Positions 9,673 to 21,886 of a DNA stretch of 64,000 nt are shown in pieces. Where the stretch lies: contig JACPSH010000015.1 of assembly GCA_016193395.1 (NCBI GenBank), forward strand, positions 102,483-166,482, written 5' to 3'. The position numbers were made by a program, and so were the translations under genes. The DNA is from Gammaproteobacteria bacterium. Its GTDB lineage: Bacteria > Pseudomonadota > Gammaproteobacteria > Eutrophobiales > Eutrophobiaceae. The notes under the pieces were generated by a model. That model was not told the origin of the DNA, made no database searches, and was given only the letters and a program-made list of their open reading frames with translations. Position 1 is the first letter of the stretch, and each line of letters begins with the position of its first letter.

Positions 9673-12600
9673 GGGCCGCTTCCATGACCGCCTCGTCTTC
9701 GGAAGCGCCAGTCCGGCGCGCTCTCTTGATGGCCTCGAGCACGCGTTTGAAGTCCTTGGGCATGACCTTCACGAAACGGGACTGCGCCGTGTTCCAGTTG
9801 TCCAGCAGCCTCTCCGCCACCGTGCTCTGCGTGAAATGGACGTGCTTTCCCAGCAGCGCCTGCACCGTCCGGCGGTCGTCTCCGTCGTCCAAGGCCTCGA
9901 GATCGACCATGCCCAGGTTGCAGCGCCGGCGGAAATTGCCGTCGAGGTCCCACACGTATGCAAGGCCGCCCGACATGCCGGCGGCGAAATTACGCCCGGT
10001 CGGACCGATGACGAGCACGCGCCCGCCTGTCATGTACTCGCAACCGTGATCGCCGACGCCTTCGACGACGGCGCTGGCCCCACTGTTGCGCACCGCGAAC
10101 CGCTCGCCCGCCATGCCCCGAAAGTACGCCTCGCCGCTCGTCGCGCCGTACAGGACGACGTTGCCCACGATGATGTTTTCCTCCGGCACGAAGGTCGCGC
10201 GGCGCGGCGGATAGACAATGATTTTTCCGCCCGATAACCCCTTGCCCAGATAGTCGTTCGCGTCACCTTCCAACAGCAGGGTCACGCCGCGCGGGACGAA
10301 CGCCCCGAAACTCTGTCCGGCCGATCCCGCGAAGCGGATGCGGATTGTGTCATCCGGGAGTCCCGCCGCGCCATAGCGCCGCGTGATCTCGTAACCCAGG
10401 GTTGTGCCGACCGTGCGGTTGATATTGCGGATCGGCAGGATGATGTCCACCGGTCTGCGCTCTTCCAGGGCCTCCCGGCAGAGCGGGATGATTGTCGTCT
10501 GATCGAGCGACTTCTCCAACCCGTGGTCCTGCTCGCGGACCCTGCGCACCGCGACGTCCGGCCCGGCCTCCGGTCGGTGCAGGATCTGCGAGAAATCCAG
10601 CCCCTTCGCCTTCCAGTGGCCGATGGCCTTCTGCACGTCGAGCCGGTCGACGCGGCCGATCATCTCGTCCATTGTGCGGAAGCCCAGTTGTGCCATGTAT
10701 TCGCGCACCTCCTCCGCGATGAAGCGGAAGAAGTTCTCCACGAACTCCGGCTTGCCGGAGAATTTCCTGCGCAGCCTGGGATCCTGCGTGGCGACACCGA
10801 CGGGACAGGTGTTGAGGTGGCAGACGCGCATCATGATGCAACCCAAGACCACCAGAGGCGCGGTGGAAAAACCGTATTCCTCGGCGCCCAGCAGCGCGGC
10901 AATGACCACGTCCCGGCCGGTCTTGAGCTGGCCGTCGGTCTGCACCACGATGCGGTCGCGCAGCTTGTTCTGCACCAGCACCTGCTGCGTTTCGGCCACC
11001 CCGAGTTCCCAGGGGATGCCGCCGTGTTTCAGCGAAGTCAGCGGCGAGGCGCCCGTCCCGCCGTCGTACCCGGATATGAGCACCACATCGGCGTGCGCCT
11101 TGGCGACGCCGGCCGCCACTGTCCCCACGCCGACTTCGGCGACCAGCTTCACGTTGATGCGCGCGCGCGGGTTCGAGTTCTTGAGGTCGTGGATCAGCTG
11201 CGCCAGGTCCTCGATTGAATAGATGTCGTGATGCGGGGGTGGCGAAATCAGCCCGACGCCCGGCGTGGAGAGACGCACCTGGGCGATCCAGGGATACACC
11301 TTGTGCCCGGGAAGCTGGCCGCCCTCGCCGGGCTTGGCGCCCTGCGCCATCTTGATCTGCAGGTCATTCGCATTCACCAGGTATTCGCTGGTCACGCCGA
11401 AGCGTCCGGAGGCGACCTGTTTGATGGCGCTGCGGCGCGAGTCGCCATTGGCATCGGGGAGGTAGCGTGCCGGATCCTCGCCGCCTTCCCCGGTATTGGA
11501 TTTTCCGCCGAGCCGGTTCATGGCGATCGCCAGGGTCTCGTGGGCCTCCTGGCTGATGGACCCGTAGGACATGGCGCCCGTGGCGAACCGCTTCAGGATG
11601 GATTCAGCGGGCTCCACTTCTTCAATCGGCAGCAGTTTCGCCGCGTGCTTGAATTCAAACAGACCGCGCAGGGTGGCGTGGTGGATGCTCTGGTCGTCGA
11701 CCAGTTTCGTGTACTCCTTGAAGATCCTGAACTGGCCGGTGCGCGTGGCGTGCTGGAGCTTGAAGACGGTATCGGGGTTGAACAGGTGGTATTCGCCGTC
11801 GCGTCGCCACTGGTATTCGCCGCCGTCCTCGATTTCCGGCACGCCGCCCGAGCGGCCCGGGTACGCGTGGTGGTGCCGCTGCCGGACTTCCTCGGCCAGC
11901 GTTTCGATTCCGATGCCGCCGATGCGCGACGCGGTCCAGGTGAAGTACGTGTCGACCAGTGACTTGTCCAGCCCGACCGCCTCGAAGATTTGGGCGCCGC
12001 GATAGGACTGGATAGTCGAGATCCCCATCTTCGAGATCACCTTGAGCACGCCCTTGTTCAGCGCCTTGACGTAGTTGTAGACGGCGCGTTCCTGATCCAC
12101 GCCGGGCAACAAGCCGTGATGGATCATGTCGGCGAGCGTCTCGAAGGCCAGGTACGGGTTGATGGCGCCGGCGCCGTAACCGATCAGCATCGCGGCATGA
12201 TGGACTTCACGCGGCTCGCCGCTCTCGACCACGAGCCCGACGCGGCAGCGATCGCCGCTGCGCACCAGGTGGTGGTGCACGCCTGCCACCGCGAGCAGCG
12301 CGGGGATCGGCGCAAGCTGTTCGCTCACGCCGCGATCGGAAAGAATGATGTAGGTATTGCCCTCGGCAACGGCCTGGCCCGCCCTTGCGCAAATCTCGCC
12401 CATGGCGCGCGAGAGGCCGGCGTTGCCCTGCGCGATTTCGAACAAAATGGGAATAGTGGTCGAGCGGAACCCCGGCAGGTTCACATGCCGGATGCGCGCC
12501 AGTTCCTCGTTACTGAGGATCGGCGAGGTCAGCTTCAATTGCCGGCAGCTCTCCGGCGCGGGCTTGAGCAGGTTGCCTTCCGGGCCGATGGAGGTTTCGA

Positions 12601-14230
12601 CCTGGGTCACGAGCTGCTCGCGGATCGCATCCAGCGGCGGATTGGTGACCTGCGCGAACAACTGCTTGAAATAATCATACAGAAGGCGCGGCCGGTCGGA
12701 GAGTACCGCGAGTGCGGCATCGGTGCCCATGGACCCGACCGGCTCCTCGCCGTTCAGCGCCATCGGCGTCATGATCAAGCGCAGGTCCTCTTGCGTGTAT
12801 CCGAATGCCTGCTGCCGCCTGAGCACGGTGGCCGGGTCGGGTTGCGCGACTTCCGGCGGCTTCGGCAGCGCTTCGATGGGAATGAGATTGCGCTGCAGCC
12901 ACTCGCGGTACGGTTGCTGCGAGGCAAAGGTCTGCTTCAGTTCCGCGTCCTCGATGATGCGGCCTTGCTCGGTGTCCACGAGGAAAATCCGCCCGGGGTG
13001 GAGGCGTTCCTTGATCAGGATGTTCTCCGGCGGGATGTCCAGGACGCCCACCTCGGAGGCCATCACCACGAGGCCGTCGCGGGTGACGTAATAGCGCGAC
13101 GGGCGCAGACCGTTGCGATCCAGCACCGCGCCGATCACGGTGCCGTCGGTGAACGCGATCGAGGCCGGGCCGTCCCACGGCTCCATCAGGCAGCCGTGGT
13201 ACTCGTAGAACGCGCGGCGCTCCTCGTCCATGGCTTCGTGGCCGCTCCAGGCTTCCGGGATCATCATCAGTACCGCGAGCGGCAGCGGCCGCCCGGACAT
13301 GTGCAGGAACTCGAGGACATTGTCGAAGACGGCGGAGTCGCTGCCGTTCTCGAGGACGATCGGGAAAATCTTCTTCAGTTCCGGTCCGAACAGGCTCGAC
13401 TCGCAAAGCGCTTCGCGCGCTCGCATCCAGTTGATGTTGCCGCGCAGCGTGTTGATCTCGCCGTTATGGGCGATGTAGCGGTACGGGTGCGCCAACGGCC
13501 AGGACGGAAAGGTGTTCGTGGAGAAACGCTGATGCACCAGGGCCAGCGCCGATGACATCTCCGGGTCGGTGACATCCGGGAACACCTGCTCGATCTGGCT
13601 GGCGGTGAGCATGCCCTTGTAGATCAGCGTGCGCGACGAAAGGCTCGGGATATAGAAGAGCTCGCGCTCGGCAAGGTTCGAATTCAACACCGCGTGTTCC
13701 ACGCGCTTCCGGATGATGTACAGCCGCCGCTCGAATGCGGCCTGATCGCGCACGTCGGCGGAGCGGCTGATGAAAATCTGCCTGAATGCCGGTTGCGCCG
13801 ACTTAGCCGTCGGCCCGATGGAAGCGTTGTCGCTTGGCACTTCGCGCCAGCCGAGCAGCGACTGTCCCTCCTCCTCGATGATCTTCCGGAACAAATCCTG
13901 GCAGGACTCACGCTGCATGGGGTCGCGGGGCAGAAACACGAGACCGGCTCCATAATGGCCGACCGCGGGCAGCTTGAAACCGAGGCGCGCGCACCGGCCG
14001 GACAGGAACTCGTGCGGCATCTGGATCAGGATGCCGGCGCCGTCGCCGGTGTTTTCCTCGCAACCGCAGGCGCCGCGGTGCTGGAGGTTCTTAACGATTG
14101 TGACTGCCTGCTTTACGATGTCATGCGATTTGCGGCCCTTGATGTCGACGACGAAGCCGACGCCACAGGCATCGTGCTCGAAACCGGGATCATAAAGGCC
14201 GGGACCGCATTGGCGTGCAGGGTGCTCCAT
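9665..14230 (-). CDS. gltB: Glutamate synthase large subunit
   Basis: 1521 aa; N-terminal amidotransferase Cys ([11 protein letters not shown]), FMN and GXGXG domains. Confidence 0.95.
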   Translation of the reverse strand: MEHPARQCGPGLYDPGFEHDACGVGFVVDIKGRKSHDIVKQAVTIVKNLQHRGACGCEENTGDGAGILIQMPHEFLSGRCARLGFKLPAVGHYGAGLVFLPRDPMQRESCQDLFRKIIEEEGQSLLGWREVPSDNASIGPTAKSAQPAFRQIFISRSADVRDQAAFERRLYIIRKRVEHAVLNSNLAERELFYIPSLSSRTLIYKGMLTASQIEQVFPDVTDPEMSSALALVHQRFSTNTFPSWPLAHPYRYIAHNGEINTLRGNINWMRAREALCESSLFGPELKKIFPIVLENGSDSAVFDNVLEFLHMSGRPLPLAVLMMIPEAWSGHEAMDEERRAFYEYHGCLMEPWDGPASIAFTDGTVIGAVLDRNGLRPSRYYVTRDGLVVMASEVGVLDIPPENILIKERLHPGRIFLVDTEQGRIIEDAELKQTFASQQPYREWLQRNLIPIEALPKPPEVAQPDPATVLRRQQAFGYTQEDLRLIMTPMALNGEEPVGSMGTDAALAVLSDRPRLLYDYFKQLFAQVTNPPLDAIREQLVTQVETSIGPEGNLLKPAPESCRQLKLTSPILSNEELARIRHVNLPGFRSTTIPILFEIAQGNAGLSRAMGEICARAGQAVAEGNTYIILSDRGVSEQLAPIPALLAVAGVHHHLVRSGDRCRVGLVVESGEPREVHHAAMLIGYGAGAINPYLAFETLADMIHHGLLPGVDQERAVYNYVKALNKGVLKVISKMGISTIQSYRGAQIFEAVGLDKSLVDTYFTWTASRIGGIGIETLAEEVRQRHHHAYPGRSGGVPEIEDGGEYQWRRDGEYHLFNPDTVFKLQHATRTGQFRIFKEYTKLVDDQSIHHATLRGLFEFKHAAKLLPIEEVEPAESILKRFATGAMSYGSISQEAHETLAIAMNRLGGKSNTGEGGEDPARYLPDANGDSRRSAIKQVASGRFGVTSEYLVNANDLQIKMAQGAKPGEGGQLPGHKVYPWIAQVRLSTPGVGLISPPPHHDIYSIEDLAQLIHDLKNSNPRARINVKLVAEVGVGTVAAGVAKAHADVVLISGYDGGTGASPLTSLKHGGIPWELGVAETQQVLVQNKLRDRIVVQTDGQLKTGRDVVIAALLGAEEYGFSTAPLVVLGCIMMRVCHLNTCPVGVATQDPRLRRKFSGKPEFVENFFRFIAEEVREYMAQLGFRTMDEMIGRVDRLDVQKAIGHWKAKGLDFSQILHRPEAGPDVAVRRVREQDHGLEKSLDQTTIIPLCREALEERRPVDIILPIRNINRTVGTTLGYEITRRYGAAGLPDDTIRIRFAGSAGQSFGAFVPRGVTLLLEGDANDYLGKGLSGGKIIVYPPRRATFVPEENIIVGNVVLYGATSGEAYFRGMAGERFAVRNSGASAVVEGVGDHGCEYMTGGRVLVIGPTGRNFAAGMSGGLAYVWDLDGNFRRRCNLGMVDLEALDDGDDRRTVQALLGKHVHFTQSTVAERLLDNWNTAQSRFVKVMPKDFKRVLEAIKRARRTGASEDEAVMEAAHG

Positions 14231-14515
14231 CAGAGGATGGCGATGATCAGGCTCTGCGAGTCAAAAAAGGGTAAAAATTATAGTGCGCATTGAAAGTGGT
14301 GTCACTTGGCTTGGCGCCGGCCTGAGTCGGCGCCCGGCCGCGGTCTGCCTGACGTTGCCGGCTTTCGTATTCGCGGCCGTCTCCGGCATGGCTCGCACGG
14401 ACGAACCGCCCCGCCGCGCCGTGGCGCGCCCGCCCGCGGACCCGGTCATCATCCGTGCAGCGGTCTATACACTCGCTCCGCCGGGACGGTGGGCGGAGGC
14501 GCTGGCGATGGACGC

Positions 14516-15220
14516 ATGAAACCGATCCTCATCCTCCAGCACATCGACAGCGGCGGACCGGGGCTGTTCGCGGAATTTCTGGACGCGCGCGGCATCGAGT
14601 ACGTGATCCGGCGCCCCGACCTGGGCGATGCCATCCCGGTCGCGGCGAAACTCAATGACTTCGTGGGCTTCTGTCTGTGCGGCGGGACTCAGAGCGCGAA
14701 CGATCCGCTGCCCTGGATCGCCGCCGAACTGGAGATGATCCGGGCCGCAGGTCGGTACGGCCTGCCGGTGATCGGCCATTGCCTGGGCGGTCAGCTGATC
14801 AGCAAGGCGTGCGGCGGCGAAGTGCGGCGCAGCGCGCGGCCCGAATTCGGCTGGCAGCGCCTGTATCCGGTGGAGGGCGCGGGTGCGGACGAATGGCTGG
14901 CCGACGCGCCCCCGGAACCGATCGCGATGCAATGGCATGAAGAGGTCTACTCCGATCCGCCAGGCGCGGCGCCGCTGCTGACGGGAGATCATTGCCGCAA
15001 CCAGGCCTTCGTGCTGGACAACATGCTCGGCATGCAATTCCACGTCGAAGTCACGGATGCCGCCATCCGACAATGGGCAACGGAACTCGCGGATCATTTG
15101 CCGCCCCCCGGCCCTGGCGTGCAGAGCGCGGCCGAAGCACTGGCGCAACTCCCATTCCACTTCCCGGCGAGCCGCGCGCTTGCCTGGAGCCTCTACTCGC
15201 GCTGGCTCGCGGGTGCCTGA
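14516..15220 (+). CDS. Class I glutamine amidotransferase-like protein
   Basis: True start MKPILILQH at Met71 of ORF 14306..15220; GATase1 nucleophile elbow GHCLGGQL; 234 aa. Confidence 0.7.
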   Translation: MKPILILQHIDSGGPGLFAEFLDARGIEYVIRRPDLGDAIPVAAKLNDFVGFCLCGGTQSANDPLPWIAAELEMIRAAGRYGLPVIGHCLGGQLISKACGGEVRRSARPEFGWQRLYPVEGAGADEWLADAPPEPIAMQWHEEVYSDPPGAAPLLTGDHCRNQAFVLDNMLGMQFHVEVTDAAIRQWATELADHLPPPGPGVQSAAEALAQLPFHFPASRALAWSLYSRWLAGA

Positions 15221-15221
15221 T

Positions 15222-15480
15222 CCGGCCGGATTCATTCTTTCTTAGGTGGGGTGCCGGACGGGTCCTGTCACCGGGCACCCCTGTCCGTGCTCGCTCGGTC
15301 CCCTCGCTTGCGCGCGGACCAGGGGCACCCGATGCCACCCGTCCGTTGATCGCCTGCGCGTGAATCCGGCGGGATGCATGCGCCGGCGCCGAACGGGCAG
15401 GTGACATCGGGTCACCGCTCTTCGCGCGCAGCGCCAGCGAGCACGAAGACGGTACCTGATGGCAGGACCCGCCCGCCTCC
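15222..15480. repeat. MITE/REP-like palindromic repeat element, copy 1 (unit A plus inverted unit B)
   Basis: Begins with ccggccggattcat; unit ggtcctgtcaccgggcacccc...ggggcacccgatgccacccgtccg and an inverted relative gggtgacatcgggtcacc...ggcaggacccgccc; near-identical to copies at 18441-18604 (reverse) and 24254-24534. Confidence 0.7.
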
Positions 15481-15511
15481 CGGCGCAGGGATCAGTCCGG
15501 GAGGAGGGAAA

Positions 15512-16771
15512 CTAGAGCATATCGAGCAGCCGGTACCAGGCCATGCCGAGCGCCAGGGCCGGCGTTGCGAACCAGCGGCCACCCGGCAGCCGAAGATGCC
15601 TCAAGCCGGCGAACACGTCGAACCTGGACCTGTCGCCGGTAATGGCCTCCGCCAGCAACCGGCCCGCGACATGCGCCGGCACGATGCCGTGCCCCGAATA
15701 GCCCTGCGCGTACCAGACGTTCCCGTCCAGGCAGCCAAACTGCGGGATCCGTTTCAAACTGACGCCTACCGTTCCCCCCCATTCGTAATCGACGCGCGCG
15801 CCGCGCAGTTGCGGGAACACGCGTTCCATGCGCGGCCGCAACGTTCCCGCGATGTCGCGCGGAACGGCTCCGGTATAGTTGCAGCGCCCGCCGAACAGCA
15901 GGCGCCGATCCGACGACAAGCGGAAATAATCGAGCAATATGTTCTGGTCGGACACGGCGCAGTCGAGCGGCAACAGCTCCCGGGCGCGCTCCGTGGATAA
16001 TGGCTCCGTCGCGATCAGGTAACTGCCGGCCGGCAGCACGCTGCCGCGCAATTCCGGCACCAGGCCTTCGAGATAGGCGTCGCCGGCGATGATCAGGTGG
16101 CGGGCGGACACACGGCCGGCAGGCGTCTGCAGCGACGGATTGGCGCCGTGATGAACATGCTCCACCGGGGATTGTTCGTAGATGCGCACGCCGAGACCGG
16201 CCGCCGCCCGCGCTTCCCCGAGACAGAGATTGAGGGGATGCAGGTGGCCGCTGCCGGAGTCCAGCACGCCGCCGACGTAGGCCCTGGAGCCGATCACGCC
16301 GGGAAGATCCCGGCGCGATACGAAACTGAGCTCCCACGGATATCCCAGGCCGTGCTGCTGGTCGCATTCGCGTTTCAGCTCGTCGAGCTGGCGCAATTTG
16401 CAGGCGGCGGCAAAGTAGCCCGGCCGCCAGGCGCAATCGATGCCGAAGCCTTCGATGCGCTGGCGCACGATGCGCAGGCCCTCGATCCCGAGTTCCCAGG
16501 CTCGGCGCGCCCCGTCCGGCCCAAGGTGCCGGAGCAGGCGCGCGCGACCCGCCAGGCCGACAATCGCCTGGCCGCCGTTGCGCCCGCTGCAGCCCCAGCC
16601 GATTCGGCGCGCCTCGAGCAGAACGACATCGAGGCCCCGTTCTGCAAGCTCGATGGCGGCATTCACGCCGGTGTAGCCGCCGCCGAGTATGGCGACATCG
16701 GCAGTGACATCACCCTGCAATCGTGGGAAATCAGGCGCTGGCCCGGCAGTCGCGGTGTAGTAGGAATTCAT
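15512..16771 (-). CDS. FAD-dependent oxidoreductase, gamma-glutamylputrescine oxidase (PuuB)-like
   Basis: 419 aa; N-terminal VAILGGGYTGVNAAIELAERG dinucleotide fold; DAO family; neighbours are GS-like and GATase genes. Confidence 0.8.
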   Translation of the reverse strand: MNSYYTATAGPAPDFPRLQGDVTADVAILGGGYTGVNAAIELAERGLDVVLLEARRIGWGCSGRNGGQAIVGLAGRARLLRHLGPDGARRAWELGIEGLRIVRQRIEGFGIDCAWRPGYFAAACKLRQLDELKRECDQQHGLGYPWELSFVSRRDLPGVIGSRAYVGGVLDSGSGHLHPLNLCLGEARAAAGLGVRIYEQSPVEHVHHGANPSLQTPAGRVSARHLIIAGDAYLEGLVPELRGSVLPAGSYLIATEPLSTERARELLPLDCAVSDQNILLDYFRLSSDRRLLFGGRCNYTGAVPRDIAGTLRPRMERVFPQLRGARVDYEWGGTVGVSLKRIPQFGCLDGNVWYAQGYSGHGIVPAHVAGRLLAEAITGDRSRFDVFAGLRHLRLPGGRWFATPALALGMAWYRLLDML

Positions 16772-16908
16772 CGCGCGCTACCGGCTGGCCGGACACGGCA
16801 CAAAGCCGGCGGTGTCGCCTTTCACGCGGCACGAGGGCTGGATTCCGGAATCGGCCGCAGCCTGTCCCGGCGCAGGCCGGGAGCCTTCCGGAATGACACT
16901 TCCGCGAT

Positions 16909-18306
16909 TCAAACCGCGCGCAGATACCACTCGTAATCGCGATTGCTGATCTGGGCGTGGAACTGCTCGTTTTCGCTGTGCCGGCAGACGCTGAAGATGC
17001 GGCAGAACTCCCGGTCGAGGTATCGCGGCAGCAGCGTGCTCCGGTCGAACAGCTCGAGCGCCTTCTCCCAGCGCGTCGGCAGGGTCACTTCGTCGTCGCG
17101 GAGGAAAGTCCCTTCGGCCACCATCGGACCGGGATCGCATTGGCGCTCCAGTCCATGGTGGACTCCGGCCATGATCGCGGCCATGACCAGGTACGGATTG
17201 GCGTCGGCACCGGCCACGCGGTGCTCGATGCGCAGATTCGCGGGATCGCTCACCGGGATGCGCAGCGACACGCAGCGGTGGTTATAGCCCCAGTTCGGTT
17301 TCAGCGGCACGAACGAGCGAGCGCGCAGCCGCCGGTACGAATTGGCATTGGGCGCGAAGATGGCCATGCATTCGGCCATGGTCTGCGCCAGCCCGCCCAG
17401 CGCGTGGCGCATGGCGTCGGAAACGGGCGGATGTTCCTTCGCCGCGGGCGCGGCGAAGATGTTCCCGCCTCTGTTGTCGTAGAGGCTGAGATGGATGTGG
17501 AGGCCGTTTCCCGCGTATTCGGCGAAGGGTTTGGCCATGAACGTGACGCCGTACCGGTGCTTGCGCGCCACGCCCTTGATGACGCGCTTGAGCAGCACCG
17601 CGTGATCGCAGGCCAGCACCGGATCCTCGACGTGGTGCAGGTTGATCTCGAACTGCCCGGGCGAGAATTCGGAATGCGTCGTCGTGGCCGGCAGGTCCTG
17701 CGCCCTGCACACGTCGTGGATATCCGCAAGGAAGGCGTCGCAGTCCCAGAGGTCCTCCATCATGGCGTACTGCAGCCCATCCTGCCTGATCCCCGTGCCG
17801 GGCACGCGCGGGAACTTGGGCCGCGGCGTCGGCGAATCGCCCTCTTCCAGCAGGTAGAACTCCAGTTCGGTCGCGACGACGATCTTGAGCCCCATGTCGT
17901 GGAGCGGCTGCGTAGCGCGGCGCAGGATATTGCGAGTGTCATACAGGCTCGGCTCGCCACCGACTTTCACCATGCCGACCAGGATCTGGCCCATGTGCGA
18001 CTCGAGCCACGGGACCGGCGCCAGCATGCCCCGGACTGGGACGATGACATTGTCGGGATCGCCGTCGATGGTTCCCAGGCCAAGCTCCGGGATCGTCTCG
18101 CCCTTGTTGCTCATCAGCGGCGTCGAGCCGCAGGCCTTGATGCCGGATTCGTAGAGTTCGCGCGCCTCATCCATGGGGATGCGCTTGCCGCGCAGGATAC
18201 CGTTGATGTCCGGGATCACCACCTCCAGCATCCCGATGTCCGGATGGTCCTTGATGAAGCGTTCCAGCTCCGCTTGTCCGGCCTGATCCGGCAGCCACTT
18301 TCTCAT
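16909..18306 (-). CDS. Glutamine synthetase family protein (gamma-glutamylpolyamine synthetase, PuuA-like), paralog 1
   Basis: 465 aa; GS catalytic domain motifs; paralog of 22894..24228. Confidence 0.85.
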   Translation of the reverse strand: MRKWLPDQAGQAELERFIKDHPDIGMLEVVIPDINGILRGKRIPMDEARELYESGIKACGSTPLMSNKGETIPELGLGTIDGDPDNVIVPVRGMLAPVPWLESHMGQILVGMVKVGGEPSLYDTRNILRRATQPLHDMGLKIVVATELEFYLLEEGDSPTPRPKFPRVPGTGIRQDGLQYAMMEDLWDCDAFLADIHDVCRAQDLPATTTHSEFSPGQFEINLHHVEDPVLACDHAVLLKRVIKGVARKHRYGVTFMAKPFAEYAGNGLHIHLSLYDNRGGNIFAAPAAKEHPPVSDAMRHALGGLAQTMAECMAIFAPNANSYRRLRARSFVPLKPNWGYNHRCVSLRIPVSDPANLRIEHRVAGADANPYLVMAAIMAGVHHGLERQCDPGPMVAEGTFLRDDEVTLPTRWEKALELFDRSTLLPRYLDREFCRIFSVCRHSENEQFHAQISNRDYEWYLRAV

Positions 18307-18440
18307 GATCCCGCTCTCCGTCGATGCCCTGCGGCGCGCAGGGAACAGTGCAATTATTCAGCTTCTTCCCGGATCCCGCTACTTTTGGGTGCGGCGCATA
18401 TATAAGGAGTCTGTATCGCGCTCCGATGGCCCGCGGCTTT

Positions 18441-18604
18441 CCGGCCGGATTCATCCGAAGGCGATGAACGGACGGGTGGCACCGGGTACCCCTGCTCCGC
18501 GCGCAGCGAGACGGCGCATCCGGCAGCGGGTTCAAGCGAGCACGGACAGCGGTACCCGGTGACAGGACCCGGCCGCCGGCCAACGCAAACATGAATCCGG
18601 CCGG
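18441..18604. repeat. MITE/REP-like palindromic repeat element, copy 2 (single unit, reverse orientation)
   Basis: Flanked by inverted termini ccggccggattcat / atgaatccggccgg; the internal unit's reverse complement matches unit A of copy 1. Confidence 0.7.
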
Positions 18605-18701
18605 ACGCCACTTGAACCAGGGGCGAGGTCCCGCCTTGTGATTGCGAGCGGCAATTGTGCTAACTTCGACGCGATGACGGATACTACGAATCCGCTCTTC
18701 A

Positions 18702-19808
18702 ATGCCTGACCATCCTGCCCCCGGCGCCCCCCTCCTTCTCGGCGCGCTGATCTGCGCCGCCGCGTTCTCCGCCACCGCCGCGGAGGAACCCGTAGTCAAC
18801 ATGTACAACTGGACCGATTACATCGGCCCGGACACCCTGCGCGACTTCGAACGCGAGACCGGCATCCGCGTCAACTACGACGTCTACACGAGCAGCGAGA
18901 TCGTAGATGCCAAGCTCATGGCCGGCGGCTCCGGCTACGACGTCGTCATCCACTCGGCGACCTTCACGCGCCGGCTGTTCCCCATCGGCCTGTTCCGGCC
19001 GCTGGACAAGGGAAAGCTGCCGAACTGGAGGCACCTCGAACCCGACCTGATCGAGCTGTTCGGGACGTTCGACCCCGGACTCCGCTACACGGTCCCGTAC
19101 ATGTGGGGGACGACGGGATTCACGTACAACGTGGACATGGTCAGGGAGAGGTTCCCCGACGCGCCGCTCGACAGTGCCGCGTTCATTTTCAAGCCGGAGA
19201 ACGCGGCGAAGCTGGCGGATTGCGGCATCAGCCTGCTCGATTCGCCGACGGATGTCATTCCCACTGCGCTGCTGTACCTGGGCTACCAGGCCAATTCGGT
19301 CAAACCGGAAGAACTGAAGGAGGCCGGGGAATTGCTGTCCGCGATCCGTCCCTACATCAAGTATTTCGATTCGACAAAGCTGCTGAACGATCTTCCGAAC
19401 CGCGAAGTCTGCGTCGCCATGAGCTGGTCCGGGGATTACTCCATCGCCACGACGCGCGCAAGGGAGGCCGGCCTCGACATCCACCTGGAATACTTCGTTC
19501 CGAAGGAAGGCGTGCCGTTTTGGCTGGACGCCGCCTATATTCCCACGGATGCGCCGCATCCGGACAACGCCTACAAGCTGCTGGATTTCCTGCTTCGGCC
19601 GGATGTCATTGCCGAGATCTCCAACTACACCGGCTACGCCAATGCCAACCGCGACGCCACGCCCCTGGTCAATCCGGAATTCACGGGCAACCCCGCCCTG
19701 TATCCGGATGCCGCCACGCTGAAGCGCCTGCATTCCACGTCCGTGCTGCCGCCCAAGATTGAGCGCCTCCGCTCCCGCACCTGGACGCGCGTGCGCACCG
19801 GTCTCTAG
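18702..19808 (+). CDS. potF: Polyamine (putrescine/spermidine) ABC transporter substrate-binding protein
   Basis: 368 aa; signal peptide; PotD/PotF family (NMYNWTDYIGPDTL...). Confidence 0.85.
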   Translation: MPDHPAPGAPLLLGALICAAAFSATAAEEPVVNMYNWTDYIGPDTLRDFERETGIRVNYDVYTSSEIVDAKLMAGGSGYDVVIHSATFTRRLFPIGLFRPLDKGKLPNWRHLEPDLIELFGTFDPGLRYTVPYMWGTTGFTYNVDMVRERFPDAPLDSAAFIFKPENAAKLADCGISLLDSPTDVIPTALLYLGYQANSVKPEELKEAGELLSAIRPYIKYFDSTKLLNDLPNREVCVAMSWSGDYSIATTRAREAGLDIHLEYFVPKEGVPFWLDAAYIPTDAPHPDNAYKLLDFLLRPDVIAEISNYTGYANANRDATPLVNPEFTGNPALYPDAATLKRLHSTSVLPPKIERLRSRTWTRVRTGL

Positions 19809-19811
19809 CCC

Positions 19812-20972
19812 ATGCCCGACCCGGAATCCCGGCCGCCCGCCAGGCCCCAGCCATCCCGCCGACCATGGGAAGACAGGGAGGCCGCCCCCTTCGTCCGTCT
19901 CGAGGGCCTGAGCAAATCGTTTAACGGCACCGTGGCCGTGGACCACGTCGATCTGCATATCTACCGCGGCGAACTTTTCGCGATCCTCGGCGGTTCCGGC
20001 TGCGGCAAGACCACGCTGCTGCGCATGCTCGCCGGCCTCGAGATCCCGACCTCGGGTCGCATCTTCATCGACGGTACGGACATGACGAACGTTCCGCCCT
20101 ACGAGCGCCCGGTCAACATCATGTTCCAGTCCTACGCCGTGTTTCCCCACATGACCGTCGAGCAGAACGTCGGCTATGGCCTGAAAAAGGAAGGCGTGGC
20201 CGGCGCGGAGTTGAAGCAGCGCGTGACCGAGATGCTGGAGCTCGTGCGCCTCGGCGGCCTGGAGAAACGGAAGCCTGACCAGTTGTCGGGCGGACAGCAG
20301 CAGCGCGTTGCGCTCGCGCGGGCGCTGATCAAACGACCGAAGGTGCTGCTGCTGGACGAACCGCTGGCGGCTCTGGACAGGAAACTGCGCGAGCACACCC
20401 AGTTCGAGCTGATGAACATCCAGGACAGGCTCGGGATCACGTTCGTCGTCGTGACCCACGACCAGGAGGAGGCCATGACGCTGGCCACCCGCATCGCGGT
20501 CATGGACGCGGGAAGATTCGTCCAGATCGGCACGCCGACGCATGTCTACGAGTTCCCGTGCAACCGGTTCGTCGCCGATTTCTTCGGCACCATCAACCTG
20601 TTCGCGAGCCGCGTCACCCAGGTCGAAAGCGGTACGTGCCGCGTGCAATCGGACGAGGCCGGAGCCGACATCGCCTCGGGCGATGCCGGAGGGCAGGCGG
20701 CCGGCGCCGAGGTCTGGATCGCGGTGCGCCCGGAGAAGATTTCAATCTCCAGGGAAGCGCCCGTGGTTGGGGGATTCAACGTGCTGAAGGGTGTGGTGTG
20801 GGATTTCGGGTACCAGGGGAACCGGTCCATCTACCGCGTGAAGATTGCCTCCGGGAAGATCGTGCAGGTGAGCACGCAGAACCGCGTGCGCTCGGATGCG
20901 CGCGCGGTCGAATGGGACGACGAGGTTTTTCTGTCCTGGGATCCCAACAGCAGTGTCGTACTCGCGGAATGA
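19812..20972 (+). CDS. potG: Polyamine ABC transporter ATP-binding protein
   Basis: 386 aa; Walker A GGSGCGKTT, signature LSGGQQQRVALARAL, Walker B LLLDEP; TOBE C-terminal domain. Confidence 0.9.
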   Translation: MPDPESRPPARPQPSRRPWEDREAAPFVRLEGLSKSFNGTVAVDHVDLHIYRGELFAILGGSGCGKTTLLRMLAGLEIPTSGRIFIDGTDMTNVPPYERPVNIMFQSYAVFPHMTVEQNVGYGLKKEGVAGAELKQRVTEMLELVRLGGLEKRKPDQLSGGQQQRVALARALIKRPKVLLLDEPLAALDRKLREHTQFELMNIQDRLGITFVVVTHDQEEAMTLATRIAVMDAGRFVQIGTPTHVYEFPCNRFVADFFGTINLFASRVTQVESGTCRVQSDEAGADIASGDAGGQAAGAEVWIAVRPEKISISREAPVVGGFNVLKGVVWDFGYQGNRSIYRVKIASGKIVQVSTQNRVRSDARAVEWDDEVFLSWDPNSSVVLAE

Positions 20973-21886
20973 GACCCGCTTCCGCAGGGCGGGCGACGCA
21001 CGACCGGCTCTGGCGCGCATGGGTCATCGCCGCGCCTTTCGCCTGGCTGATCGTCCTGTTCCTGATCCCGTTCGTGCTCGTGTTCAAGATCAGCCTGGCG
21101 GATCCGATCCTCGGCCAGCCGCCGTTTACGCCGCTGTTCGGCGCCGTGGAGGGCGCACAGGGATCCTGGCACGTCACCTTCGACAATTACCGTTTCCTGT
21201 TCGCGGACAACCTGTACCTGTACAGCTACCTGAAGTCGCTCAAGGTGGCGTTCATCTCCACCGTCCTGTGCCTGGCTGTAGGCTACCCGATGGCTTACGG
21301 TATCGCGCGGGCGGCCCGGCCATGGCGGCACATCCTGCTGCTGCTCGTGATCCTGCCGTTCTGGACTTCGTTCCTGCTGCGCGTGTACGCCTGGATGGGC
21401 ATGCTGGGCAAACAGGGGCTCGTCAACACGCTGCTGCTCCAGGCCGGGCTTGTCGATGAGCCCGTGTCCATGCTTTACACAGACTTCGCCGTGTACATCG
21501 GCATCGTCTACACCTACCTGCCGTTCATGATCCTGCCGCTGTACGCCAACCTCGAACGCAGGCACCGGGACCTGCACGAGGTCGCGGCCGACCTGGGGGC
21601 AAGACCGCTCGCGGTGTTCCTCGATGTCACCTTGCCCCTCTCCATCCCCGGGATCATCGCGGGCTGCATGCTGGTGTTCATCCCCGCCATCGGCGAGTTC
21701 GTCATCCCGGCGCTGCTCGGGGGGCCCGAAACGCTGATGATCGGCCGGACGCTTTACGACGAATTTTTCTTCAACCGCGACTGGCCGCTGTCTTCGGCGG
21801 TCGCGACGGTGCTCGTGTTCATCCTGGTCCTGCCGATCATGGTGTTTCAGCACTACCAGGTGAAGGAAACGAGGATGGTGTCGTGA
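20969..21886 (+). CDS. potH: Polyamine ABC transporter permease
   Basis: ATG overlaps the potG stop (ATGA); 305 aa; multi-TM; preferred over the longer ORF that begins inside potG. Confidence 0.85.
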   Translation: MRPASAGRATHDRLWRAWVIAAPFAWLIVLFLIPFVLVFKISLADPILGQPPFTPLFGAVEGAQGSWHVTFDNYRFLFADNLYLYSYLKSLKVAFISTVLCLAVGYPMAYGIARAARPWRHILLLLVILPFWTSFLLRVYAWMGMLGKQGLVNTLLLQAGLVDEPVSMLYTDFAVYIGIVYTYLPFMILPLYANLERRHRDLHEVAADLGARPLAVFLDVTLPLSIPGIIAGCMLVFIPAIGEFVIPALLGGPETLMIGRTLYDEFFFNRDWPLSSAVATVLVFILVLPIMVFQHYQVKETRMVS